A stretch of DNA of 63,964 nt, filler included, from Choristocarpus tenellus KU-1152 (taxonomy: Eukaryota > Protista > Phaeophyceae): NCBI GenBank assembly GCA_964200185.2. It is 12 parts of 12 records of this genome, joined end to end, with 100 filler letters (N's around TTAATTAATTAA, not from the genome) between each part and the next. Parts side by side here need not be neighbours in the genome. Positions count along the whole stretch, not along the records: positions 24,750 to 28,807 come from CAXNAD020016436.1; positions 28,908 to 33,836 come from CAXNAD020012494.1; positions 33,937 to 38,244 come from CAXNAD020015185.1; positions 38,345 to 40,902 come from CAXNAD020026796.1; 8 more parts are not named here. The stretch is one strand, 5' to 3'. Below the pieces are notes generated by a model. It made no database searches. It saw only the letters and a list, made by a program, of their open reading frames with translations, and was not told where the DNA came from. Positions 24,750 through 38,951 of the stretch are shown in pieces. Within the stretch, counting starts at the first letter, position 1; every line of letters begins with the position of its first letter. A program made the position numbers and the translations under genes.

Positions 24750-26691
24750 CCATGGCCATGGCTGCTACCACCATGAAGATGACTAGGGCTGTAACTTCTT
24801 GGAGTTGAGACTCCTACCCCTGACCCATTGCCATTCCCAGGCCCCACTCCAGACCCCTTGCCTCCACCAGTGTTACAGGTATTGATACTGCGAGTACCAC
24901 CATTGACACCAGTATTGCCATTCCCAGTTCCACCCCCACCTCCTGCACTCACACCACGCTGCCTCTTGTGGCCAGTGGGGAAGCCATAACTGGAGCTCTT
25001 GCTACCACTCTCACTTAAATTGGCAGAACTATTACCTGAGTTGCGACGACGCTGGCGGTCACCTGAGACATCTTTTGCTCCCCTTGACCACTGCACACTT
25101 ACTGTTACACTGCGAATCACATGTGTTGAGGCATCTGCTACCACAGCATTCAGTGCAGCACTCTGTCCATGTCAGGGTGGCATTTGTAAGGGGAGAGGGA
25201 GAGACTGGATGTTGAGGGCTGGCATGGAGGACGAAGGAAAAATGTCAAGAGGCATGTCCAGAGAATAACTATTGTAGATGAGTGTATTTTACAAGGAGAA
25301 AGGTTAGGTTGGGGCACCATCAACGTTTTGTTGTGTTTCTAAGATTTATCAACCGAGGGCTTGAGTAGGGACAGAGGCTCATAAAAGACGTTCCTTACCT
25401 CTTGGAAGAACTTTACAAACGCAAATCCCCTTCCTCGGTGAGTTCTGTCATCTCTGTTTATAGACACACTCTCGATGACTCCGAATTTTGAGAAATAGGT
25501 GGCCAACTCCTCCTCAGTGATGTGTACAGCATCATCACTTTCTCGAAGGCCTCCCACAAAAACCTTCATGTGACAAGGTGTAGGTGGGGCATGTCGAAGG
25601 GAGGTTAAGATTTTAAGAAAGCAAGAAGAGGCTTCGATCGGCTAGTTGTCCACATGTGTTAAGTTACACGGAACAACTCCTCACCACATAGAGTGCTTGC
25701 TCACTACTACGCTAGATTCGCAACAAGGATGTTGAAACCATTTCAGATTTGGTGTTTCTTCTCGCTATGTCACAATAAAAAAGTTGAGAACTGAAGAAGA
25801 ATATTTGTTCAGATGGAGGTTCGAGACGTCTGCAAAGATTATAGTTGTTTCTGGGCTGAAACTGAAGATGAGTGTGGCAGTGTGCAACTCTAGACTTCCG
25901 CTAGACACAATCTCAAGCCAATTGATACAGGAGTCTTACTAGTCAGCTTTTTCTTAGATTCTTGGGAATTCCAGCACACTCCGATAAGATTGAAACCGTC
26001 TCTACTGAGAAGAGGGCATACCTCGCGCTCGTTGCTGGGTTGTGTGCTGGTCAAGTTGGAAATTTGCTGCAGAACGTCAGACCCATCGAGGACCTGCATG
26101 TGAGAAGCATGGTTGAAGGCATGGATTAAAATAAGTCGGGTCCTGGGGATCTACTGCGCATCATCAGTAAGTTAGGTAGTGTGCATGAGTATAGCAATCT
26201 CCTGGGTATTGGCCCGCAAGACAGACTAGTTGACTCACCTCTGGTTCGCTCGTTTCAGCGCGACCAACCTCTATGGGAATTTCAAAATTCCCAGGGTTAG
26301 AACCGGACACATTAACTGAGACAGGTGACCCGGCACCGCGACTGCTTGTCTTCCAGGACATGCTGTCTGGCCCCTCTGTAGCCACCCCCTCCTCGCAGGG
26401 GCTATGAGGATACCATGATGAGAGCTCTGGCCCCTCTGGACTGAACAGGGCGTGTGATCCGGACGAAGGAGCGTGTTTCATGGACGGGCGCATATCCCAG
26501 GACAAACTTTGATCGGGCATCTCAAGAGGGGTACATACTGGGACCTCTGTAGGGACCTTGCGTGCAATTCCTTCACTCATGGGCCCTGAACGGGGCTCAA
26601 GTGGTCCAGGTCCCTCATCTTCCTCTAGGGCCTCACGGAAGCCCGCAAATGACAAAGTATCCTCATAGCGGCGACCTTGATACATTGTCAT
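24750..26691 (-). CDS. RRM-domain RNA-binding protein, 4 exons (26691-26239, 26093-26022, 25563-25399, 25162-contig end), 3' partial
   Basis: RNP2 VFVGGL and RNP1 RGFAFVKF; spliced reading ...SNERE|VFVGGL...FFQE|SAALNAVVADASTHVIRSVTVSVQWS then a G/S/N-rich tail; phase-0 GT-AG junctions; start codon uncertain. Confidence 0.85.
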
Positions 26692-28907
26692 CACCCAATC
26701 CCTTGTTCACCCGAGACACCTTGACTTGTCCTCTCTCCTTTCGGGCGGAGAAAAACCCAGAGATTCGAGTACGGCCGCTGAGATCGCTTTGGTCTGTCAC
26801 AACCTTGACAACATGGGCAGTGTCCTTGAGGGCAGAATGAGGATCAGGCGGGCGAAAATAACATTCCACCTTTCTCACAGACAACGAAGAAGCAGCTTAG
26901 GTGAGTCCTGTCGTGGTGATAAATTATGGCGAAGGGGAAGTGAGGGAAATTGGGATTTGGGTAGGATAGACGGTAGGTCGGTAAAAATAATACGAGGTTT
27001 AAGGATCGATCATCACACTGATACAGGTAAATAATATATACAGATACAATTAATCAATTAATTCTACCAGTATAGGCTGAATGGTCAAAGCGTCCAGAAT
27101 CCAAAGAAGTACGAAAGAGGCATAAAATTGAGGCCAACAAAATTGAATGTGATGTTTAATACAAGTGATGTTTAATATCAGAATCTTGAAGAAGAGTATA
27201 CCATAACCGTTACTCTATCGTATCGGGAGAATTAGAGTCTAATACTTGCTTTTAGTATAGGAAAATAGGGGACACTTTCTAAGAAATAAAAAATCTCCTC
27301 CCGGCTCTGTCAAGGATATCTACATCATATTCAGAACCTTAATCTATTACACAAGTTAGAACCTCATATATTCCATGTTCTATCAACCGCCCATGGTGCG
27401 ACACAGTAGTCCTTTCTACCATAATTTGGTTGACATCAATGAAATAACCGATATATACTATGTTCCACCCAACTACTCACAGATTTCCATTTCTTCTTAA
27501 ACATCTATATTTATGTTTTATTTCTCTTTTTCTATTTTGAGTACGAATTATTGCCTCTGAATTGGTCACGGGTTGTGACTCATCAAATTATCTAAAGAAA
27601 AATATTCATAGGAACCTTAATGAGGATAATAATTCCTAGGGTCTCTCCCAACTTTATGGTTGGTTTAGCACAAAATATATATATGTTTTGATTACTTCTT
27701 GTAACTAGAGTAAGATATTACTAGTGGGTAATGTTAGCCCCGAAGCGGTGGATATGTTTTGTACGTTGTTGATGTTATTCCAACAACACGGAATAGCATT
27801 GGTATCATTATAAATACTGTTTACATTATTTTTTTTCTTCCAAAAATTTGGAATGCCATTCTTGCAATTCTTGCCTTCACATCACACCATCATCCTCACG
27901 TCTGTTTGTGGTTCCTAGTTCTTACTAGCGACGCCGAGAGAGAAGACTCACCACTATTGCAATACATTAACATTACACTTCATGTAATTGGAGAGGTATA
28001 GAACACACCTGTTGATGAGAACTGGGTGGGAAAGTGTAATAATGAGTACAAAAAAATGGTGACAGTTATTGGAAGGTTACATGCCGTGCATGCATAGTAC
28101 TCTCTTGCTCAACAACTCCATGCAAAATGAACTTAGAGCTAAAAAAACGAGGGGACGATGGGTGATAAAAGGTAGTGGTTACGTCCTCCTACGATGACCT
28201 TGAGTTTTACAGGATCTTCCGAGTAGGGTTGACAATAATAACAAAGGTGTGTGAGGATGGATTGAAGTTCTTCATACACGTCTGACATCCAAAACACATG
28301 TAATACTGTCTTCTAAGCCTGCGATTGGGAATTGGTTATGGTCTGGGATAACCCCCTTGGTACAGGTGGTGATACCCATATGTTTCAGGAGGGTGTACGG
28401 GACTACTTGGTTCTCTGATATTTCCCATTAAAAATGACCCTCATTTCTACTATCGCCTATTCTTTACTATGATTTTTTGTGAGCTTTGGAGAAGGTACAA
28501 TGTTTAGATTCCTTCGTGGCGCCTCCCCAATGCAAGGTATCCCTCAAAACTTGTTGCCTTTTCGCGAGTGTGAGTGCTGCCAATGCTTTCATTATTGTCC
28601 GTTCAGGGCTATTAGAAGTTTGCAATATGTCAGTAGTACTCTGCGTTTGATATCACTGACCTTATTAGCCCTGACGGATCCGCTCTCCACCCTTGGCGTC
28701 ACTGGCATTATATATAGATGGAACTTTGGTTCCTTACAATCACATTGGCATTCATGCCAAAGTATCTGGGGGGGTGTCGGCCTCCGTTTTTCACCCTCTT
28801 TTCGATTNNNNNNNNNNNNNNNNNNNNNNNNNNNNNNNNNNNNNNNNNNNNTTAATTAATTAANNNNNNNNNNNNNNNNNNNNNNNNNNNNNNNNNNNNN
28901 NNNNNNN

Positions 28908-29218
<311 letters not shown>

Positions 29219-29559
29219 TCAGTAGGTTGTCAGAGATGCAGCCTTTCTCTTGGTGTATTTAAGTTGTGGTGAATGTGGAAGTGGTTGGGGGAGAGCGGTT
29301 GACCTTCGTTGTGTAAGTGAGAGAGTGGTAGTTTTTCAAATGTACACAACCAACATATTACATCCAAGTCCACATTTTCCGCATCATGCCGTATCATTGG
29401 CCCAGACACGGTTGCCCAATGAAAAGAGCACAATTCTCCAAACTGTTTCTTCAACCGTCACCTCGTATTGGACGTGTCCATCATCACCTTCTTCACATCT
29501 TCCCCCCTTCCTCCAAACATTATTCGCATTTGTACCGAGGAAGGGTTCCACCAGTTTGA

Positions 29560-30003
<444 letters not shown>

Positions 30004-30550
30004 GCCACCTTTTCTAGTGTAAGATTATGGGCGTTGATGATCGAGGACTCCGAGTATTCTTGGGGGTTGTGAATTGGTCTCGGCGTGATTGTCGCACCTG
30101 GTGTTTTTCAGCACCACCCAATGAATGAGAGGCTGTTCCTGTTGTGGAGTATTTTGTCTTGTGTGTTTCTTGACTGTGAAGGTTTGAAGGTTTTGTCTGA
30201 TGTGGTTGAGTTGAGTTTCTACATGTCCATTTTACTTGGCACTGGTTCGATTTCTGGTGTTGAGATTGGAAGTTGCTGTTTGGTGATGGAATGAGCTGGT
30301 ACAAGCATCAGGGATATGGATCAGGCTGTCCTCTTAGGAGGTCTGGGAAGCAGACAAAGAAGTTCCACAGGGCAATCACAGAGGTGAACACCCCTACTAC
30401 TGCTCATTGAGGAGGAAAGGAATTGCTATACCACAGCTTCTGGTAGAGGTCAGAGCTCGACATTTTGAAGATGAAACTGGTACTAATGGAGGATGGAACA
30501 TGGAACAATATTGGCTTTGGTCTCAAGGGTATGTGTATTCTAATGTTAGG

Positions 30551-30815
30551 GCGATCTTAAGCCATTTTTTCTAGTATATAAGATTATGGGCTTGATGGTC
30601 GAGGACTCCCGAGTATTCTTGGGGGTTGTGAATTGGTCTCGGCGTGATTGTCGCACCTGGTGGTTTTGGGCACTACCCAATGAATTAGAAGTTGTTGCTG
30701 GTGGAGTATATTGTCTTGTGTGTTTCTTGGCTATGAAGGTTTTGTCTGACGTGCCGGTGTTGAGTTGCTACATCTCCATTTTATTTGGCACTGGTTCGAC
30801 TGCTGGTTGAGGTTG
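30551..30815 (+). repeat. Diverged direct duplicate of the H3 terminal codons plus 3' flank (29994-30265)
   Basis: GCGATC(G/T)TAAGCCA...AAGATTATGGGC...GAGTATTCTTGGGGGTTGTGAATTGGTCTCGGCGTGATTGTCGCACCTGGTG present twice. Confidence 0.9.
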
Positions 30816-31828
30816 AAACCTCTAGAAAGTTTTGCTTCCCTCTCATCTCATTTTCTTGTATTATAAATGAAGTGTTCGGTTGGAGCAGGACCCATTTGAC
30901 TGTCTCGTTTGAACTGTGGATCCGAAAGTGGAATCTTGATCCGTAGGTATACTTGTCACATCTCTCTAGCAAGCAACAAATAATAGTAATGAATTCTTAA
31001 CAAAAACATTATCCCAGTAAAGAAACAGTGAACGAAATGTAGGATCGATAAGAACGTCCACTATCAAGCACTGTCTAGTGTTGTGAACCACCACAGCATG
31101 TTGGTGCTACTGTGAGTCGATGTGAACGGGAGGTAATTCACATTTGACCTGTTTTGAATCTTAAGTCACTTTCTTTTGTTGTTTTCATGTCACCTTATTT
31201 TTATATAGGTGAAGATCTAGGTTGAGACTTGAGATCATAGACTTTGCTATGTCTTGGAAGCCTTGGACAGTTCAGTATATAGTTCCTTTAAGCATGCACT
31301 TGTACAAAAAACCGAATTTAGAGAAGATTTATGAGTGCCCTTAGTACTTCTTGTTTACCTTGGCTCTGAAGCTGATGTAATGATACTTTGTGAAATGGTC
31401 CCAATTTTTGCCGGTCAACCATTCGCACAAAATGTTTCTGTACAGGAAACAATCGCCTAGGCTCATCACCATCACATTCATGTTACTCTTACTGTGCATG
31501 TTCGGCTGCCTTTGTATATAAATAGATGCTGGGGATTGATGATGTGATGTACATCTTTATTGTGAGACAGGACATGTATCCACCAACTAGCTGCACACAT
31601 GGAATATATCAGAGGAGAATTATGTACTTCATTTGACACACAAGTAATTCAACCCACATCATCCAATAAAAACGACAAGAGTCTTCCTTCCCTTGTCTCC
31701 CTCCGAAATGTACCCATTAGGCAAGTGATATCACAAATCAAGATCACCACATGCAGACTTTTTCACTTTTCGGGTTACATTTCTGGAGCAACAGTAAGAA
31801 CAGTGAAAAAAAAAACTAGTATCGTTGC

Positions 31829-32074
31829 AAGTCAAAGTAAAAGAGAGGTACCCACATTTTGGTCATTTTGCATTTTAAGCCAGTTTATCATTTTTACAGT
31901 CTTTTGAAGTTCACCCACACTTCTGTGGATCAAGTGCTAAGTTTGGCTTGCGAGCGCTGATTTCTCTATTGTTTGAACCTTTTTGACAGAATTCAGTAAA
32001 TGTGCTCCGTAGGTCAAATTTTGGGCATATTTGCCAGTATCTCCTTAAAATGCGACTCTCGTTTACTTTGACTC
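31829..32074 (+). mobile_element. MITE family C
   Basis: AAGTCAAAGTAAAAGAGAGGTACCC / CTCTCGTTTACTTTGACTC. Confidence 0.85.
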
Positions 32075-32919
32075 TGTATTGTCCGTAATAGTGTAATAAC
32101 TTACGTGTCTAACCTGCTGTCGTTAGGAATAAACTTCATAAAGGAACAAACTTGGATCAATCTGAGCACAATCAGGAAGGCCAGAACAAGGGAACTCACA
32201 ATAAAAAAAACATTTCTTCACCCTGCAGAACATTCTGGTTGAATATCCTCATTTAGTCGCCTTGACCCACTCCCAGCCCTGCTTTATTGGAGTCAGCTTG
32301 TTGAGAGGCCCCAAAACAAGTCGTTCGACCTCTCAAGTCAAAATGCTCTGACCCAAGCTCATTCAACTCCAGATGCAGATGGCTGAAAGGGAGGAATCAT
32401 CTTGTAACTGGACCTTTGCCGCTGCAACCCTAAGCAGAAGCAACAAACAGTCAAGCAGGATGACAACACATAGGGTGACATCAAGGTAGGCAATGAGGGA
32501 TCCCACTTACCTTACATGCATTCCACAAGGTTTGAATCATCTTTAGGTATCTATTATGTAGCACAACAAAACCTACATTGCAACGAGCGCAAAACTCGAG
32601 AATTTGGTTTCCTCAAGAAAAGAGGTGATGAATTCACTAGTTCTTGAGTTATGCTGAGGTGAAGGGGGTGATCGCACAGGAGGTATGGCAGGGTACGATG
32701 CATTCTCATGGCCTATGTGGCAACTACATGTCAGACACCCTTAGGTGGTATGACTGTTTATCTTGATGCATGCTGGCTCTCCCCTCAATCTTGTGCTAAG
32801 GTGGAGGTTGAGCCAGGTCCTTCGAATGCACCTTTGTCGGTGAGGCCTGTCTACCGTTCAGAACTCATTCTGAGCTTGACGTACATTCTTAACCCAACGC
32901 TGCCTTCCTCTCTACAAAC

Positions 32920-33129
32920 TTGAAGGCCCCTGGTGGGGATAATACCTCCCTTCAACCTCTGGATGCATCTCCCTGCAGTAAATAGTTCGTTGAAATTGAC
33001 CAGTTCTCCTGGTGTGACCTGGGCACAGGCAGCTCCTTGTTGTTCATCAGAAGACATTGTTTCGTCCTCTTCTTGAGTCGAACTTAATTTTTCTTCTCCT
33101 TGACGAGCGTGGCCAAGGTGGAGGAAAAC
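32920..33129 (-). CDS. Candidate exon, unknown protein
   Basis: 210-nt open frame bounded by CAG and GT with coding-like composition; no motif recognised. Confidence 0.3.
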
Positions 33130-33945
33130 CTGAGCGAAGGAGGGCAGTTGCAATGTGAGAACAGCCTCAGCAATGGTCCAGGTGGATGGTTTTATTAGAG
33201 CAGACACAAGATGCGTAATATGACAGTTTTGTGTACCAATAACGACCGCACGCTTAGAAAACGCGAACTATGTGTTGAAGGGTAGGTACTACTTGTGCAG
33301 CTGGGGACTAGCGGTGGATTTAAAGTGTGCAGGAAACATACACCCAGACACATGTTGCATGCTTTGCACAACCCTCAGGAGCGATTGGGGATGTGTATGT
33401 AGCGTGGGATGATAAATGTGTATTTGACACATTATGGTAAATTTTCGACCGATGTTGGGGATACCTAAAGTGTGGATGCTATTTGGACTAATACGTGAAC
33501 CCACAGTTGTACTTGAATCATTTTTTTTTTCAGTAATGTCACTGTATTGACAGTATACAATCCTCCATGCATACAGACATAAAGGCATAGTATCAGCAGT
33601 AGTATTCGCATTGGAAGGTAAGAATCATTGGTATTATGGAGAATATAGATGGAACTAAAGCATGTAGGAAACACATGCACACACACACACACACACAACA
33701 CACGGCGCATCCTTTGCATGAACCCCATGAGTAATTGAAGATGTCTTGTGCGTGATGTGGTATAATTTGTGTGTATTTGGCCCATTTCGGTAAAAACTAC
33801 ACCGATGTCCGGGCTCCAAGTATCTGGGTTGGGGGGNNNNNNNNNNNNNNNNNNNNNNNNNNNNNNNNNNNNNNNNNNNNTTAATTAATTAANNNNNNNN
33901 NNNNNNNNNNNNNNNNNNNNNNNNNNNNNNNNNNNNGGTGTGGGT

Positions 33946-33979
<34 letters not shown>

Positions 33980-34546
33980 TGCGAGTAAAGAGGGTTTGGC
34001 ACTAAAGGATCTAACACTATCAATGTGTCAGTGCCACGAGTCTCTTACTGCTAGAATTCTTGAAGGGTTGGCAGAGGACAGAATTATCACGGTGTTTGCA
34101 TAGATAATCGATAACATCTATGTTCAATACTTGTGAAATGGGCTGAATGACGAACAACAACTAGAGGTATTGTAAGGAAACACTTCACTCAAGTCACACA
34201 CTTATCATTCACTTTCAAATGTCTGTCTCCAGTTTTGGTATGAAAAAAAAAGTCTCCAACTCAACACCCATAACTTGTCCAATTAAAACAAACGAAGAGG
34301 TTATTTTCTAATTTTCCAACCGCACAAGGAAGAACATTGTCAGCAACGAAGGCCTCACGGTTCTTGCCACTGAAGGACCAATAACAAAAACCAAAACAGG
34401 TTTTGCTAAAAATATAAAAAACAGTTTAGTCAAACTTAACCAACAATTTCAACCATCTCCTACAGTACAGTGGGAGAAGCACCTGGTACACAGTCCAAGT
34501 CCCAAGTCCAAGGTACAAACCCTAGGTGTCAAAACCCAAAACTCAC

Positions 34547-37500
34547 CCTGCCTCAAGCGATCCCTCTACCCCAGCCACAGTAAGATCCCCCCCTGTCAGG
34601 TACAGCCCAGGCAGGTAGGTGGGAGCACGCACACACTCTGCCATGTAGCGTTCTGGCCCATGAGATAGACCGACATGTTGCTCTTCCACGAGCATCACAA
34701 ATTCATCCTTACCCTGGGGAAGGGGCAGACAGAGTACAAGAGGCAAGGGGTAAGAGCACTCAGACACGCACAATCATGAGAGCACAGGGACAACCCCACA
34801 AGAAAATGAAGGCCACCATTCTACAGCTAACAACAACACTCAGGATGCCCTTGTATCACTCACTGAACACACGTTACATACACAAGCACGGAAGGTGTAC
34901 GCTCCAGCTTCCTAATCATTCCCAGACAATACCTTAACCCTAGCCTCCCAAACCGGCTGCTGCCCTTGTCATCACAAAACACCTAAGAATGACACCGTTT
35001 CCAGGAGACCATTACAACCGAGAATATACCAGAAGTTAAATTCTCAACCACAGCACCACGGTCAGATTTGTATCTCCTCCACTCACACTCAAATTGTTAC
35101 CATGCCCAACTTCGATATACTACACCACTGTCTAACCAAACAAAATCTTCCACCACAGCCTAACTTGTGGACTACACTACAGCACTGTCTAACCAATGCA
35201 ATGTGCACATGTTACAATACCTCAGTCTCTGGAAAGGTGGAGTGAAGCCTCTTTAGGAGACCTTCTTTCATCCTGGTACGAGGCTTACCCGGAATTATCG
35301 AGTAATACACTCCCCCTGCCCCAGGTATGACTGAACAGCCCGTCTTGGTATCACCCGGTACAACACAAACCTTGCAGAGTTCTATTTGGGGCAGAGGGGG
35401 GAGGGGGGAGGGGGGAGGGGCGACGGAGGCAGAGCAATCTTTTGCGTCGATACATACGCTGTTGCATTCACATCCCATCCCTGCCATCATTCCAACCTTG
35501 AAAACTTGAGGAAACTAACAGAAAGTGTCTTGATCCCCAGAGGCGGAGGCCGTAAGAAAACCTCCCGACATGTCAAAAGGTAGTAAAATAGTTCAGAGAA
35601 AGAATCATCGAAGTATAAAAATTATATTTAAAAAAGTTTTTACTAACAATACTAACACACTAAGCAAAACCCGATAGCAATGGACTGCTCGCACATAACT
35701 CGCCCAGGCTACCTAACCACAAACCAAGGCGCTCAACACTTGTCAATTTTGGCGGGGCACCATGGGCAAACATCTGCAGCACCCAGACATCCAAAACACT
35801 CCCTTCTCACTGCCTTCAACCATGGCAGCGTACACACAGAAATTTACCTCACCCAAGCAAAACAACCCCAACACTCTGGGCAAAGAGAGGGGCCAGGGGG
35901 GAGAGGAGGGGTGGAGGTAATCTTCCATCAGAAGATCAATCCATGAAATGTCATATCTTCAACAAAAGGACAGTGAGCAAGGCCCCTTGAGAACCCCCTT
36001 TTTTTCTGAATTCTTCTCATCCCGGAGTAACACTCACTGCACAACACACCTTACAAAATTAAATACCATACAAAAAAGCCTTCCCCCACCAAACTCTGTT
36101 CTCGCATACTTGCATCTCTGTATCTGGTATGCATGTAGCACAGCAACATATAGTTTTAAATAACGGAACATATTTAGAGTCAATGATATTGTGTCCGAAT
36201 GCAGGCTAAACAGTTGCATAAACACACAAAACAAAAACAAAACATAAACTCTAAACGTATACAGAAATACAATGAGAAGGAAGGGCACAATCAATGCAAG
36301 ATACATCAATAACAACACAAATTGCACTTGTATTAAAAAAAATGCCAATCAAGTATCATCAACCAAAACATAAGTCTCAAGAGCACAAACAGAACACACT
36401 TAACTTTACAACAACAAAAAACCCCAAATGTCCCCCCCTACCAACCAACCCCACCCCCCAAGATACTACTCACCATCCCCCATCTCTGCTGTGACCACAC
36501 AGGTGGTAGTACATCTTTCCCATAGGTTCATGTGCTTGGGTTCTGTGAAGCTGATACGATACCAATCACTACTAACACCACTGTTGTGATCCCCCTCATC
36601 TGAAGCACTGGGATCTCTCACCTAAGGAACAAAAGAGTAGACACACCACATCGGATAAAAGGCCATGGGGGGGGGGAAGCAAGAAGGGCCTACAGATAAC
36701 CAAAATGAAAACAGGGTCCAGGGCCCACAGTACAGGGTAGAAAAGGGGGATCTTCCTGCTGTATTAATATTCCGACCATTAAAAGGTAATTGAGGTAGAG
36801 ACAGGACAAAATTATTAGAGCAATTCCGCTACTGCAAGTCAAGGTGTTCAGTTCGCCTGTAGAGTCAGTCTTTTTCACACCAACACTAATAAACAGGAAA
36901 CAAAACCATTGGAGAGGAGGTCTGAGGTTGGTAGGGTATACGATACCATGGTAGCATACAGTCCCCCCCAAAACGGAGAGATTCTTCAAAATCAGAACAA
37001 AAAGCAAACATGTATACACATAATTTAATCCCGTATATATCTAATCACCCTTCTGAAAAGTACAAAAAAAAGAGGTCAAGAACAAGGTGAAAGAACGAAA
37101 AGCTGTGAAAGCCACCACTCCACAAAAAATGGTCAGTGAACCACACCGCAAAAAAATATTTACGAAAACCATCAACACGCCTGACCAGAGTGCAATCCTC
37201 GATCTGAGGTAGGTACAACCCCCACGCTCTTGAATGTTGATCACAATAAAGATCGGCGCTATGGCTACACAATGCAGCCTCAGGCACTACACCAAAGGCA
37301 TCAACTAAAGCATTCAAGGGGTCTAAGAGTCAAACTGAAGTCGCCAACCAAATTGCACCTGAGTTCCAGAGCACATACACTCTCTACCCACAGGCACCAC
37401 CAGCGGCACACTCTGCTGACTGTTTTACAATGTAGGACCCAAATGGTGGTGTAAGCATCCTGCAAAAATCCACACCAAAATACTGACTAGTACAATAAAG

Positions 37501-38181
37501 ACAAGCATACACGGGTGCTCTCTACAAGCTCTGCGCTCTAACGATCTAGTTCCAAAAACCAACACTGTTGGTGTTTCTCCATACACATGCCTGCCTGCAT
37601 GCATGCGTGTTTTTATGTACCTGTACACGTGTGCATACAGGCATAATGTAGTACAATTGTAGAGAAGTGTAGCTATACGCACACTACAACTGCACTACAG
37701 TAGAGAACATAATGTACATATAAGATATGCATACATACACATGTGAATACGCTTACATACACATACACATGTGAATACACTTACATACACATACACATGT
37801 GAATACGAGAGACATAAGCACACCAAATGCACCAACAGCAAGCACCCTTACCCACACATACATTTGTTAGTGCAAGATACACACACGAACATACCACTAC
37901 AAAATAAACAGCTCACACATCTGGGAACAGACCCGTCTGTATGTTCCTAACATACTCACATGATGGTAATATGATGAGGTCGCATCCAGGTCCTCCAGCC
38001 AGTTCCCCTGAAGTCCAACACAAAGATGAACTTTTGGACGACCCACTACCAAACTTGGCCCAGCCTCAAACTTACTACTACCATCACCCTGTTTCAGCGG
38101 TATGAGATCCAGAAAGAGGGTCTCCAATGCTCCCAAGGCCGATATAATCGAGCCGCCTTCAGCAACACGTATCTCGGATGC
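34547..38181 (-). CDS. FAD-dependent oxidoreductase, retinol saturase/phytoene desaturase (CrtI-like) family; four internal exons (38181-37960, 36621-36474, 35381-35221, 34713-34547)
   Basis: HLCVGLQG, ISFTEPK...TTCVVTAE, LLKRLHSTFPET|GK, GLSHGPERY, TYLPGLYLTGGDLTVAGVEGSL; all junctions GT-AG and phase-compatible. Confidence 0.82.
37729..37807. repeat. 28-bp tandem repeat (about 3 units, CATACACATGTGAATAC...) in an intron
   Basis: Direct inspection. Confidence 0.8.
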
Positions 38182-38720
38182 CTGGAAATACAATTGGGGG
38201 GAGGGGGAGGGGGAGGGGGAGAGGGAGTGGGAGTGGGAGAGGGGNNNNNNNNNNNNNNNNNNNNNNNNNNNNNNNNNNNNNNNNNNNNTTAATTAATTAA
38301 NNNNNNNNNNNNNNNNNNNNNNNNNNNNNNNNNNNNNNNNNNNNCCCCCCATCCCCTCCCCGTTCCCTCCCTCGTCCGTGCTCTCCTTTGCCAATTCATC
38401 CAGCAAAAGAGATAATGTAGATACTACATACACTTGATACTACATACATGCTTCAAAGCAATGAATCAAACTTTTTGCAAGATGTTGCTGTGAATACATC
38501 ACACCACCCCCAATATTTGACAATCTCTTAAGACACAAGGGTGATGTGCTATTGTCGAACAAATTCTAGTTTAACCTAACATATGTATGTATCGTATTAT
38601 GTTTGTATGTATGTATTATGTGTATGTATGTATTATGTGTATGTATGTATTATGTATTATGTGTATGTATGTAATATGTATTATGTGTATGTAATATGTA
38701 TCATGTGTATGTATGTCCAG

Positions 38721-38951
38721 GTTGGTAGAGCTGGCCGTGATGGTGCTCCTGCCTGTTGTCAAACACTGGTTTCAACCTCAGATCTTCCTCTGCTGAGGTC
38801 TCTCATATATGGAAGTACCCCCAGCCTGGATGCGGTGAGAGGGCTACTGAAGGCACTTTTCGGCATCACAGGGGACTGTGAGGACATGGGTGGGAAGTGG
38901 GGAGAGCTACAAGAGGATGAGGCGGATTTTTCACTGTATGACTTATCTCAG
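38721..38951 (+). CDS. RecQ-family helicase exon (motif VI and following)
   Basis: (Q)VGRAGRDGAPACCQTLVSTSD; CAG acceptor, GTGAGG donor, 77 codons. Confidence 0.85.
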
